Source: Eubacteriales bacterium
Lineage (GTDB): Bacteria > Bacillota > Clostridia > Oscillospirales > CAG-272
Assembly: GCA_045649925.1 (NCBI GenBank)
Contig: JAZRQS010000021.1
Location: 13,120 to 77,119 of the forward strand
Direction of reading: 5' to 3'
DNA: 64,000 nucleotides
The translations under genes and the position numbers were made by a program. The notes under the pieces are model-generated. The model searched no databases. It was not told the DNA's origin and saw only the letters and a program-made list of their open reading frames with translations. Each line of letters starts with the position of its first letter. The stretch's first letter is position 1. Positions 26,955 through 37,026 of the stretch are shown here, one piece after another.

Positions 26955-27814
26955 GGCTGCACCTCCTTGCCGATATATTTGAGAATAGCGTTTTTGACAC
27001 CATCTACAGTATAAAGCTCTCCTGAAAGGTCAAATCCTGCATCCTTCAGGGACTCGGCGATATGAGCGATTTCGGGAATGTCAAGTCCGACCTGCGCAAG
27101 CTCCTTCGCTTTTGAAAAGACCTCACTTGTCGTACCGCTGAGCAGTACCTCAGAGTGATTCAAAACCACTATGTTGTCGCAGTATTTAGCCATATCCTCC
27201 ATACTGTGACTTACGAGTATGACAGTTGCCTTGTGGGGGTTCTGATACTCTCTCAAGCGGGAAAGAATTTCTTCTCTTCCTCGGGGGTCAAGTCCGGCGG
27301 CAGGCTCATCAAGCACGAGCACATCGGGGCGCATTGCGACAATTCCGGCGATAGCGACACGCCTCTTTTGTCCGCCCGAAAGCTCAAAGGGAGATTTTTC
27401 ATAAAAGGTTTTGTCTATGCCGACAAAATTTGCGGCAAACTCTACTCTTTGCTCTATCTCCTCCTCGGAAAGCTCCATATTTCTTAGGGCATATCCTATA
27501 TCCAGCTTTACTGTGTCGTCGAAAAGCTGATATTCGGGATACTGCATGACAAGACCTACCTTGAAGCGAATATCTCGTATCTTCTTGGGGTCCTCCCATA
27601 TATCCTTGCCATTGAAAAGGATCTTGCCCTCGTGAGGTCTGATAAGACCGTTCAGCATCTGCACAAGCGTGGATTTTCCCGAGCCTGTGTGGCCGATGAG
27701 CCCGGTTATCTTTCCTTCCTCAAAGCCGATATTTATGTTTTTGAGAGCGTCCATTTTGAAGGGGGTGCCTATGCCGTAAACATATGACACGCCTTGTAAT
27801 TCAAGTATATTCAT
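26948..27814 (-). CDS. ecfA2: ECF transporter ATPase component A2
   Basis: Walker A GHTGSGKST, signature LSGGQKRRVAIAG, and Walker B VLVLDEP. Confidence 0.85.
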   Translation of the reverse strand: MNILELQGVSYVYGIGTPFKMDALKNINIGFEEGKITGLIGHTGSGKSTLVQMLNGLIRPHEGKILFNGKDIWEDPKKIRDIRFKVGLVMQYPEYQLFDDTVKLDIGYALRNMELSEEEIEQRVEFAANFVGIDKTFYEKSPFELSGGQKRRVAIAGIVAMRPDVLVLDEPAAGLDPRGREEILSRLREYQNPHKATVILVSHSMEDMAKYCDNIVVLNHSEVLLSGTTSEVFSKAKELAQVGLDIPEIAHIAESLKDAGFDLSGELYTVDGVKNAILKYIGKEVQPC

Positions 27815-28692
27815 GCCTTTTTACACTCCTTCAAAAAATTTGCGAGTGCCTCGACACATTCATCTCTTGTTATACAGTCTGCAGGAAGCTCAAATCCGAG
27901 CATTCTCAATTCATGTATAAGCTCTGCGCCTTGTGGAGCTTCGAGACCTACGCCTCTGAGCTCGTCGATGCGGGAAAATACCTCTTTGGGAGTGCCGTCC
28001 ATATAAACGTAGGAGTCGTTGATTACGATAACTCTGTCCGCTCTTACAGCTTCCTCCATATAATGAGTTATGTGAATTATGGTAATGCCCTGCTCACGAT
28101 TGAGCTTTTCTATGGTGTCCATTACCTCTTTTCTTCCGTAGGGATCGAGCATTGCAGTGGCCTCGTCAAGAATTATGCACTGAGGCATCATGGCGATGAC
28201 TCCTGCGATGGCGATTCTCTGCTTTTGTCCGCCCGAAAGCTTGTGAGGTGCATGCAAGGAATATTCAGACATTCCGACCAGAGCCAAAGCGTCATCTACT
28301 CTTTTTCTTATCTCCGAGCGCTCAACTCCGAGGTTTTCGGGACCGAAAGCTACGTCTTCCTCGACTACGTTTGCTACAAGCTGGTTGTCGGGATTCTGGA
28401 AGACCATTCCCACACGTCTGCGGACATCAAAGAGCGCATCCTCGTCGTTTTCGTCAATGGCGCTCAAATCCTTTCCGTCGAGTATGATTTTACCACCTGT
28501 GGGCAAAATTATCAAATTCAAAAGCTTGGCAAACGTGGATTTTCCTGAGCCGTTATGACCTAAGACTGCAACATATTCGCCACTTTTGATATCTATATTA
28601 ACATCGTTTAATGCGGGTGAGGGTGATTTTTCATCATCCGTAGGATAACTGAAGCTCAAGTCTTCGGTTACAATAAATTTATCGTTTGACAT
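27811..28692 (-). CDS. ecfA1: ECF transporter ATPase component A1
   Basis: Walker A GHNGSGKST, signature LSGGQKQRIAIAG, and Walker B CIILDEA. Confidence 0.85.
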   Translation of the reverse strand: MSNDKFIVTEDLSFSYPTDDEKSPSPALNDVNIDIKSGEYVAVLGHNGSGKSTFAKLLNLIILPTGGKIILDGKDLSAIDENDEDALFDVRRRVGMVFQNPDNQLVANVVEEDVAFGPENLGVERSEIRKRVDDALALVGMSEYSLHAPHKLSGGQKQRIAIAGVIAMMPQCIILDEATAMLDPYGRKEVMDTIEKLNREQGITIIHITHYMEEAVRADRVIVINDSYVYMDGTPKEVFSRIDELRGVGLEAPQGAELIHELRMLGFELPADCITRDECVEALANFLKECKKA

Positions 28693-28723
28693 TCAAAAAG
28701 CCTTTCTGACTTGAAAAGTGAAT

Positions 28724-29590
28724 TTAATCAATAAAGGTGCAGCGCACACTACTACCGCAAGGGAGTGCCTGGCCACTTGAGGTGACAGGCAAACCGAGCT
28801 CGTCTGCTTCGCATTTTGTCTTGTAGCTTGCGCCTATTCTCAGCTGAGTGATGTATTTCATGGTTGACGCGGACAAGCCGGTTGTGTATGAATTGAGCAG
28901 GAAGAACAAGGGGCGATCGCTGAGAAGCTGCGCCACGAGTTTGACAAAATCGTCAATGCTTTCTTCCATTTTCCACACCTCGCCTGTAGGACCTCTGCCG
29001 TATGAGGGAGGGTCCATAATTATTGCGTCATATTTTTTGCCGCGGCGTATTTCTCGCTCAACGAATTTTTTACAGTCGTCTACAATATAGCGAATAGGAG
29101 CATCGGCGAGATTGTTAAGTCTTGCATTTTCTTTTGCAGACTCTACCATTCCCTTTGATGCATCGACATGACAAACGGATGCTCCTGCGTGAGCGCACGC
29201 TACAGTGGCCGCTCCTGTGTAGGCGAAGAGATTTAAAACTCTTATTTCTCTGCCCGAATTCTTTATAAGATCGTACATCCAGTCCCAGTTTGTAGCCTGC
29301 TCGGGAAAAATGCCCGTATGCTTGAAGCCCATGGGGCGAACACGAAATCTGAGATCTCTGTATTTTATTAGCCACTCGGGAGGAAGATCGTTTTTACTCC
29401 AGGCGCCGCCACCTGAACGAGAACGGGTGTAAATCGCATCTGCACGACGCCACATCTCATTCTTCTTTTCGGGATTCCATATAACCTGAGGGTCGGGACG
29501 GACAAGTGTGTATTTTCCCCATCTCTCAAGCCTGTCCCCACTTGATGTGTCGAGGATCTCATATTCTTTCCAGTTGTTACTTATCCACAT
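28724..29590 (-). CDS. Class I SAM-dependent methyltransferase (RlmI/RlmK-like core without PUA domain)
   Basis: VLNLFAYTGAATVACA (SAM motif I) and IIMDPPSYGRGP (motif IV). Confidence 0.7.
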   Translation of the reverse strand: MWISNNWKEYEILDTSSGDRLERWGKYTLVRPDPQVIWNPEKKNEMWRRADAIYTRSRSGGGAWSKNDLPPEWLIKYRDLRFRVRPMGFKHTGIFPEQATNWDWMYDLIKNSGREIRVLNLFAYTGAATVACAHAGASVCHVDASKGMVESAKENARLNNLADAPIRYIVDDCKKFVEREIRRGKKYDAIIMDPPSYGRGPTGEVWKMEESIDDFVKLVAQLLSDRPLFFLLNSYTTGLSASTMKYITQLRIGASYKTKCEADELGLPVTSSGQALPCGSSVRCTFID

Positions 29591-29600
29591 ATAAAAGTCC

Positions 29601-30095
29601 TTACTTGATGTATTTTGAAACTAATGATGCGCTTGACTGCGCATGACACATTGCAATAGCCAGAGCGTCTGCGGTATCATCCGGCTTCGGAGGCTTTGGC
29701 AGCTTTAAAAGTGATGTAACCATAGCGATCACCTGTTGCTTTTCTGCCTTTCCGTAGCCTACAACCGCCTGCTTTACCTGAAGTGGTGTATATTCGGCAA
29801 TTTTAAGATTGTGCCGAAAGGCCGAAAGCAAAATTACTCCTCTCGCTTCGGCAACAGCGATAGCTGTCGTAGTATTCGTGTTGAAAAACAGCTCCTCTAT
29901 CGCCATTTCGTCAGGGTGATGTTTTTCTATGATTTCCTTCATATCGTCGTATATCATAGAAAGTCGTAAATTCATATCCGTATGCGCAGGAGTTCTTATC
30001 GCACCACAGCTGACGGGGATAAAACTGTTTCCTACTTTATCAATAATGCCCCAGCCAACGATAGCAAACCCTGGATCTATTCCTAAAATCCTCAT
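29601..30095 (-). CDS. ruvC: Holliday junction resolvase RuvC
   Basis: MRILGIDPGFAIVGWG..., EELFFNTN, and the C-terminal DTADALAIAMCH. Confidence 0.9.
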   Translation of the reverse strand: MRILGIDPGFAIVGWGIIDKVGNSFIPVSCGAIRTPAHTDMNLRLSMIYDDMKEIIEKHHPDEMAIEELFFNTNTTTAIAVAEARGVILLSAFRHNLKIAEYTPLQVKQAVVGYGKAEKQQVIAMVTSLLKLPKPPKPDDTADALAIAMCHAQSSASLVSKYIK

Positions 30096-30208
30096 ATGTC
30101 ACCGCCAAGCAAATTTTATACCATTATACCTATTTTATCATATTATAACACACTTTTTCCAAATAGTCAAAGAATATATTGTTAAAATATTAAATTATAT
30201 TATTACTA

Positions 30209-30237
30209 TTTACATTTATTATGTGATATGGTATAAT
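30209..30237 (+). promoter_or_regulatory. Sigma-A type promoter (extended -10) of the yfhO-DUF951-yfhO-ruvAB string
   Basis: TTTACA 30209-30214, 17-nt spacer ending in TGg, TATAAT 30232-30237. Confidence 0.55.
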
Positions 30238-30286
30238 TATATATAAAAAATTCTATAATTACTGTATTACTTTCAAGGAGACGCAA

Positions 30287-33200
30287 ATGAAATCGAAAGA
30301 AAAAGACGTTTGCCAAAAAACAGAAGAACTGTTCTCTGAAAATATAGAAGCGACGGAGCCCTCTGACGCCGAAAACAAAAACAAGAAAAGAGTGTCAGTT
30401 TTTGACAGAATAGACGACTATTTTGCAAAATACAACTACTCGTATTTAATATGGGCATTTTTTGTTCCTGCTATAATAATGCTCCTTATCTATATAAGAA
30501 AAGAAGTTTATCCGTTTGGAGAAAGCTCGGTGCTTGTGCTTGATCTCAACGGACAGTATGTACAATACTTTGCAGCGTTCCGTGCGGCTTTGCACGGCGA
30601 CGCCTCTCTGCTTTATTCTTTTGCCCGCAGCCTTGGCGGTGAGTTTTTAGGAATCTATGCATACTACCTTGCGAGTCCGTTTTCGTATCTTGTAGCTCTG
30701 TTTCCTGAAAAGAATATTCTCGAAGCATTGCTCACCATTTTCGTCTTGAAATGCGGTAGCGCAGGTCTTACGTTTGGTATCTACTTGCACAATTCCCAGA
30801 AATGCAACAAGACGCTTAATATTGCGCTTTCCACACTATATGCCCTCTGCGCCTACTCTATAGTTATGCAGCATAACACTATGTGGATAGACGGGCTTGT
30901 GATTCTCCCCTTGCTTGCGCTCGGAGTAGAAAGAATTATAAAATACAAAAAGCCTCTCCTCTATGTTTTGTCTCTTGCTCTGATCTTGATGGCAAATTAC
31001 TACATCGGCTATATGAGCTGTATTTTCGTAGTACTGTACTATTTCTACTATTATTTTTCGAATTTCGGCACACAAAACAATCCTATAAACGAAAAGTGGC
31101 ATTTTCTTCGCTCGCTTTCGAGAATGACGTTGTATTCAATTCTCGGAGTGGCTATGTCTGCTGTGATGCTCATTCCCGCTTATTATTCGCTTACCTTTGG
31201 AAAGAGCACTTTTTCAGATCCGGAGTTTTCCTTTGTGCCAAAGGACATAAATTTTGCAGACTTTATTACAAAGCTTTTTCCCGGCGCGTATGACACAGTT
31301 TATCCGAATGGACTTCCGTGGTTGTATTGTGGTGTGGTGGCTTTGATTGTTCTGCCTCTGTTTTTCCTCGCAAAAAAGATAAGGTGGCAGGAAAAACTCT
31401 GTACAGCACTCTTCTTGATAATAATGCTTGCAAGCATGTATATCCCTGCGATAGACATGGCGTGGCATGGTTTTCAGGCTCCAAACTGGCTCAACTACCG
31501 ATACAGCTTTATGTTCTCGTTCCTGCTCCTTATGATTGCCGGCAAGGCTATCACTCTCATAAGGGAAATTGGTTGTAAAGCGGTTATAACATCGTCATCA
31601 ATACTTTTTGCGGTGGTTATAATCTTGCAGGTGTTAGACCCGCAGTACAAAAAGCATACAGGCGAAATGATCTCGTTTTTCGATGATATAAACGGTGTCT
31701 GGCTTTCGATTATATGCATTGCTGTATATGCCTCCATTCTGTGCCTTATGTCGAAGCACCGAGCAAATTCGGAAAAAATAGACACCTTTGCTATTATCAT
31801 GGCGTTTGTGATATGCGCAGAAACCTTCCTTACGGGCGTTTACTATATCACAAGCCTTAACAAGGACGTGGTTATTTCCTCCTACGACTCCTATCACGAC
31901 GTATACGACACACACATGGTTGCGGTGGACTACGTAAAGGAGACAAGCGATGAAAGATTCTACAGATTTGAAAAAACGTTTACAAGAACAGTTACCGACT
32001 CCTTTGTTTTCAACGTAAACGGCATTGCAAGCTCTACCTCCACGCTTAACGCCAGTGCGATAAAGCTCTTGAAGAGCTTGGGTATCAAAGCAGATTCTCA
32101 CTGGTCCGAATATAAAGGCAGTACCCCTGTCACAGATTCTTTTTTTGGCGTGAGATACGTTATGGCTCCACGAAAAGACGGAAGCCTGTATGCAGGAACT
32201 CCTGTGTATCAGTATCAGCACATTATGCTCGCACCAGACTACGAGCTTGAGGAAAAAACTATTTATTCCTATTATTTCGACAGCTTTTACGACCTCTATT
32301 ATGAAAACGAAGACTCAATAGTGTACGAAAACCCCTACGCACTTTCTCTTGCGTTTGCTTCATCGCACAAGATAAACGAGGTGTCGCTGGATGCCTACAC
32401 AAATCCTTTTGACCGAATGAATGCTGTACTCTCTGCGATTTCGTCGCAGGGCTCTGTCTATATGCCTATGGAGTACACCATCTGGGCGAACAATTCGCAG
32501 ATAAACACAGAGGACTACACCTTTGGTGGAACGAATATAAGTGGAAGCTTTGAAATCTTACCTCATAGCGATCATTTGTGGCTGTTGAGCTCTGCCGATC
32601 ACGCCTTTATTGAGTTTAAGCTCGTGGCGCAAAAAGACGGAAATATATATGCACACTTCCCCACTGTATATCCCCGTAGCTGTGACGTAGCCGTCAACAG
32701 AAATGGAACTATATACGAGGATGGAAACTCTGTTATCGGCGTTTATTCCATCTATGACGGCAATGCGAACGTTGCTCCAATAATAAATCTCGGATATTTC
32801 AATGCAGGCGACACGGTATCTGTAAAGCTCAGCTTTAAATACAAAAACGACTACAATAGCACCTTCCTCAACAAGCTGGAATTCCTGATGCTCAAGGATG
32901 CAAATTGCTTCTACTATATTGACGAGTCAGCCTTTGAGCAGACGTTCTCTTCGATTTCAGAAAACCAACTCAAAATAGATGAGTTTGATAATGACTATAT
33001 TTCAGGAACTGTAACAGTCGACGGCGATAGTACAACCATCCTGACGACTATTCCCTATGACAAGGGCTGGCGCATCGAGGTAGATGGTGAGCGCGTACAG
33101 GCATATGCTACACTTGCTTGTCTGCTTGCATTTGATCTGCCCGAAGCAGGAACGTACACTGTGACAATGACCTACTTCCCTCAAATTTATACTGCGGGAA

Positions 33201-33448
33201 TAGTATTGTCGGTGGCTTCACTTCTCGTCTTGGTCGCAGGCTGTGTGTTTGTTTATTGCAACAAAAAGGGCAAAATCTCGCTCATCCCCCGTACCACACT
33301 TTTCAATATTTTGAATACTATTTTGCCTATGCCGAGTGATGCGACTCCAAAGGAATATTCCCTTATAGAGCTCGAAATTATCGAAGAGCAAGAACAGCTA
33401 CTGGCTAAAAAGCTCGCAAAACAGAAAAAGAGGAAAAGCAAAAAATGA
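30287..33448 (+). CDS. YfhO-family polytopic membrane protein (GT-C-like glycosyltransferase), paralogue 1, 1053 aa
   Basis: Many TM segments followed by a large C-terminal extracytoplasmic domain and a terminal TM. Shared blocks with paralogue 2 include VLVLDLNGQYV, GDASLLYSF, GIYAYYLASP, MQHNTMWID and DMAWHGFQAPNWLNYRYS. Confidence 0.75.
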   Translation: MKSKEKDVCQKTEELFSENIEATEPSDAENKNKKRVSVFDRIDDYFAKYNYSYLIWAFFVPAIIMLLIYIRKEVYPFGESSVLVLDLNGQYVQYFAAFRAALHGDASLLYSFARSLGGEFLGIYAYYLASPFSYLVALFPEKNILEALLTIFVLKCGSAGLTFGIYLHNSQKCNKTLNIALSTLYALCAYSIVMQHNTMWIDGLVILPLLALGVERIIKYKKPLLYVLSLALILMANYYIGYMSCIFVVLYYFYYYFSNFGTQNNPINEKWHFLRSLSRMTLYSILGVAMSAVMLIPAYYSLTFGKSTFSDPEFSFVPKDINFADFITKLFPGAYDTVYPNGLPWLYCGVVALIVLPLFFLAKKIRWQEKLCTALFLIIMLASMYIPAIDMAWHGFQAPNWLNYRYSFMFSFLLLMIAGKAITLIREIGCKAVITSSSILFAVVIILQVLDPQYKKHTGEMISFFDDINGVWLSIICIAVYASILCLMSKHRANSEKIDTFAIIMAFVICAETFLTGVYYITSLNKDVVISSYDSYHDVYDTHMVAVDYVKETSDERFYRFEKTFTRTVTDSFVFNVNGIASSTSTLNASAIKLLKSLGIKADSHWSEYKGSTPVTDSFFGVRYVMAPRKDGSLYAGTPVYQYQHIMLAPDYELEEKTIYSYYFDSFYDLYYENEDSIVYENPYALSLAFASSHKINEVSLDAYTNPFDRMNAVLSAISSQGSVYMPMEYTIWANNSQINTEDYTFGGTNISGSFEILPHSDHLWLLSSADHAFIEFKLVAQKDGNIYAHFPTVYPRSCDVAVNRNGTIYEDGNSVIGVYSIYDGNANVAPIINLGYFNAGDTVSVKLSFKYKNDYNSTFLNKLEFLMLKDANCFYYIDESAFEQTFSSISENQLKIDEFDNDYISGTVTVDGDSTTILTTIPYDKGWRIEVDGERVQAYATLACLLAFDLPEAGTYTVTMTYFPQIYTAGIVLSVASLLVLVAGCVFVYCNKKGKISLIPRTTLFNILNTILPMPSDATPKEYSLIELEIIEEQEQLLAKKLAKQKKRKSKK

Positions 33449-33654
33449 GTGATGCAAAAATCCCAAAGTTTTCTGTTGGAGATAAAATAGAAACAAAGAA
33501 GTCGCACCCTTGTGGTTCAAACACCTTCGAAATTGTCCGTCTGGGCAGTGACGTCAGGCTCGTCTGCTGTGGGTGCGGAAGAGATCTCACTCTCGACAGA
33601 ATAAAGGTAGAAAAATTCACGAAAAGGGTTATCCCTCAAAAATCGGATGAATAA
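33445..33654 (+). CDS. DUF951-family small zinc-ribbon-like protein
   Basis: FSVGDKIETKKSHPCGSNTFEIVRLGSDVRLVCCGCGRDLTLDR matches my recollection of the DUF951 consensus. It has an ATGA overlap with yfhO-1 and an 8-nt overlap with yfhO-2. Confidence 0.75.
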   Translation: MSDAKIPKFSVGDKIETKKSHPCGSNTFEIVRLGSDVRLVCCGCGRDLTLDRIKVEKFTKRVIPQKSDE

Positions 33655-36394
33655 TTTACAAGACCTTGAAACAAAAACAAGCAAGCAATTATCCTTGCGA
33701 TGCTTTTTCGGGCGATTGTCAGATACAATATCGCGTTACGTGAAATACATCGTCAGGCAACCATTGTTTTATTGCTTTCTTGCTCCATTTTTGATAATGC
33801 TCGGAGTGTACGCGTCTATAGGCGTGTTCCCGTTTGGAAACAATTCCGTTCTCGTGCTTGACCTGAACGGACAGTACGTGTATTTCTTCGAGGCGTTGAG
33901 GAGCTTTATATACGGAGATGCGTCGCTACTATATTCCTTTTCGCGTGCTCTTGGCGGTGAATTTATGGGAATATACGCGTATTATCTTGCGAGCCCGCTT
34001 TCCTACCTTGTCGCGCTATTTCCAAAAAGCATGATTACCGAGGCACTGCTCCTCATGATATTGACAAAGTGCGGATTGTGTGGTCTCTCTTTCGGATACC
34101 TGCTAAAAGAAAAAGCAAAGATAAACGATGTAAGGACTGTCGCATTCTCCCTGCTATATGCATTGTCGGGATACGTTGTGGTTATGCAACACAATACTAT
34201 GTGGATAGATAACGTGTTCCTTCTGCCTTGTGTTATCCTCGGAATTGATGCGCTTATACGCGAGAAAAAGTATAAATTATTCGTCTTTTCGCTCGCTTGG
34301 TCTATTATGTCCAACTATTATATTGGATATATGACTTGCATTTTTGTGTTATTTTACTTTTTTTATTCGTTCTTTAGCGAGACGAGAGAGGAGCGAAATC
34401 CGAATGGGTACAAGGCTCATTTTCTATCATCGCTTTGCAGGATAGCTTTTTTCTCGGCTATAGTTATACTGATTTCCGCTATCATCACTATTCCCGCATA
34501 CTATTCCCTTACCTTTGGAAAAAGCACATTTTCCGATCCCGACTACAGCTTTTTCTCAAAATTCAATCTTTTTGATCTCTTGACAAAATTTCTCTTTGGG
34601 GCGTACGATACAGTTCGTCCTGAAGGGCTACCAAACGTCTATTGCGGAGTTGCAGTACTAGTTATTCTGCCGTTTTACTATCTGAGTGGCAAAATTTCCT
34701 TGCGGGAGAAAATATGCGCATCATTTATGTGCCTGTTCTTCATCGCAAGCTTCACCTTCAACACGTTGGATATGGCTTGGCATGGCTTCCAAGCACCAAA
34801 CTGGCTCAATTATCGCTACAGCTATATGCTCGTGTTCTTTTTGGTGTATATGTCGGCAAAGGGCTTTTCTGATATAAAACAGATGAGCAAAAAGCCTCTC
34901 TTCTTCATTTGCGAGGCTATCGTGTTATTCACAATCCTATGTGGCGTGCTTAAGTATGAGCATGTAAATCTGTATTGGACGGTTTTTGCGACACTTGGGT
35001 TTGTTATACTCTACTTTGTCGTATTGAATTTCATCATAAACAAACGCCATCTGCCAGACAGGCTTACATCATCTTTTCTGCTTCTTGCCATCTGCCTTGA
35101 AATGTTTCTCGGCGGGCTCGCAAACACTCTTTTGCTTGACGCAGATGTAGTAATCTCGTCGAGAAAAGGCTATCGAGATTACATGAGCACTTGGTCGGGA
35201 GCGTTTGACTATATAGAGGAATGTGATTCTGCCGAGTTTTATCGTGCGGAAAAAACCGACTACAAGATGGTGAACGACTCGTTTACACTTGGCTATCGCG
35301 GTCTTTCAGGCTCGTCGTCCACCTTGAATGCCCACACTGTCGCATTCCTTCGACACATGGGCTACATTTCTGCATCACACTCATCTCGCTATACAGGCTC
35401 TACACCTGTCGCCGATATGATACTTGGTGTAAAGTATATAGCATCGAAAAACAACGTAGAGCTTTCCTCGTTGTATGAAAAAATTTACACCGATGAGAAT
35501 GTAACTGTGTACAAAAATCCATATGCGCTATCAATTGCATATGGAGTTAATAACGATGTAAAGAAGGTCACATTTTCTGAAGATGAGCGAGGAAACGAGG
35601 AAAAGACCTTGATATCCTCTGACTCTCCATTTATCCGACTCAATTCTCTTATATCCTCTTTTGTGGGAGAGCAAGCTACCATTTATAATCAGCTTTCAAA
35701 CTCAATGAAAAAGGAAAACTCGAAGGAATCTACATCGAGGACTACGATAAGCCCTATAGACAAAAATAGTGATTCCTACGTCTCTTTTATCGTAGACGGA
35801 TACGAAAATAAGGAAATCTACGCCTACTTCCCTACGTTCTATTACACGGACGCAAAAATGTATCTGAATGGAACTGAAATAGGCAGTTATTTCAACGGCG
35901 CAACTACAGGATATATTTACGTAGGGCGATATAAAAACGGAGAGCAGGCAGAGCTGAAATTCAAGCTGACTGCCGACGGAATTTATCTATACCGTCACGT
36001 AAAATATTTTTACTATCTTGATGAGTCGCTTTTAGAGAATGTGTATTCTCAGCTGAGGGAGCGCCAGCTAGAGATAGAGGAGTGTAGAGAGCACTACTTT
36101 AGCGGAACAATATCTGTCGATGACGGATACAACCTTATCTTGACGACTATTCCCTACGACCGAGGCTGGATAGTAAAAGCAAACGGCGAGGAAATCCCCA
36201 CGTATGAGGCGCTTGACGCTCTTCTTGCATTTGACTTACCTGCAGGAGATTACACACTTGAGCTGAGATATATGCCCAAGGAATATGTTTATGCGCTTAT
36301 TATAACCCTGTTTGGAGCGACGGTGCTTGCCGTCGTTGTGGTCGCTGAACATTTTGAAAAGAAGAAAACCTATAAAAATAAAGATGAGGAGTAA
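33647..36394 (+). CDS. YfhO-family polytopic membrane protein, paralogue 2, 915 aa
   Basis: It is colinear with paralogue 1 over the whole length (YYSLTFGKSTFSDP, LTTIPYDRGW, LLAFDLP). Confidence 0.75.
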   Translation: MNNLQDLETKTSKQLSLRCFFGRLSDTISRYVKYIVRQPLFYCFLAPFLIMLGVYASIGVFPFGNNSVLVLDLNGQYVYFFEALRSFIYGDASLLYSFSRALGGEFMGIYAYYLASPLSYLVALFPKSMITEALLLMILTKCGLCGLSFGYLLKEKAKINDVRTVAFSLLYALSGYVVVMQHNTMWIDNVFLLPCVILGIDALIREKKYKLFVFSLAWSIMSNYYIGYMTCIFVLFYFFYSFFSETREERNPNGYKAHFLSSLCRIAFFSAIVILISAIITIPAYYSLTFGKSTFSDPDYSFFSKFNLFDLLTKFLFGAYDTVRPEGLPNVYCGVAVLVILPFYYLSGKISLREKICASFMCLFFIASFTFNTLDMAWHGFQAPNWLNYRYSYMLVFFLVYMSAKGFSDIKQMSKKPLFFICEAIVLFTILCGVLKYEHVNLYWTVFATLGFVILYFVVLNFIINKRHLPDRLTSSFLLLAICLEMFLGGLANTLLLDADVVISSRKGYRDYMSTWSGAFDYIEECDSAEFYRAEKTDYKMVNDSFTLGYRGLSGSSSTLNAHTVAFLRHMGYISASHSSRYTGSTPVADMILGVKYIASKNNVELSSLYEKIYTDENVTVYKNPYALSIAYGVNNDVKKVTFSEDERGNEEKTLISSDSPFIRLNSLISSFVGEQATIYNQLSNSMKKENSKESTSRTTISPIDKNSDSYVSFIVDGYENKEIYAYFPTFYYTDAKMYLNGTEIGSYFNGATTGYIYVGRYKNGEQAELKFKLTADGIYLYRHVKYFYYLDESLLENVYSQLRERQLEIEECREHYFSGTISVDDGYNLILTTIPYDRGWIVKANGEEIPTYEALDALLAFDLPAGDYTLELRYMPKEYVYALIITLFGATVLAVVVVAEHFEKKKTYKNKDEE

Positions 36395-36396
36395 AT

Positions 36397-37017
36397 ATGT
36401 TTTATCATATCAGAGGCGAGCTTGATTATACTGACTCCAGCATTGCAGTCATCGACTGCGGAGGTGTCGGATATAAATTATCTATCAGCTTAAACACCTA
36501 CAATGAAATTTCCGACTGTGTCGGCCAGGAAATAAAGCTTTTTTCCTACCTTCAGGTGCGAGAGGATGCCATGGAGCTTTACGGCTTTCACTCACATGAG
36601 GAGCTTGAGTGCTTCAAGCTTCTTATAAGTGTTTCGGGAGTGGGGCCAAAGGCGGCTATGTCGATTTTGTCGATATTCACCCCTGATAGATTTTCGTTTG
36701 CGGTATGTACAGAAGACGCTCGTGCGCTTGCAAAGGCTTCAGGCGTAGGCGCAAAGACTGCTGCAAGAATAGTTCTCGAGCTGAAAGACAAGATTTCAAA
36801 GGATTCTGTAAGTGGAACACCCGAAAAGCTTTCCTCTTCGTTCAATACAAGCGCTCCGTCATCTCAAAAAAGCACAAAGCTTTCGGAGGCGGCAGATGCA
36901 CTCACTGTTCTCGGCTACAATCGCAACGAGATACTCGATGTTCTGCGCACTGTAAGTCCTGACCTGGAGCTTGAGGAAATGATAACCCAGGCGCTGAAAA
37001 AATTCGCTACAAAGTAA
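36397..37017 (+). CDS. ruvA: Holliday junction branch-migration complex subunit RuvA
   Basis: MFYHIRGEL...IDCGGVGYKLSIS, HhH motifs SVSGVGPKAAMSIL and ASGVGAKTAARIVLELK. Its GAGGAG RBS lies inside the last codons of yfhO-2. Confidence 0.9.
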   Translation: MFYHIRGELDYTDSSIAVIDCGGVGYKLSISLNTYNEISDCVGQEIKLFSYLQVREDAMELYGFHSHEELECFKLLISVSGVGPKAAMSILSIFTPDRFSFAVCTEDARALAKASGVGAKTAARIVLELKDKISKDSVSGTPEKLSSSFNTSAPSSQKSTKLSEAADALTVLGYNRNEILDVLRTVSPDLELEEMITQALKKFATK

Positions 37018-37026
37018 GGAGTAACG

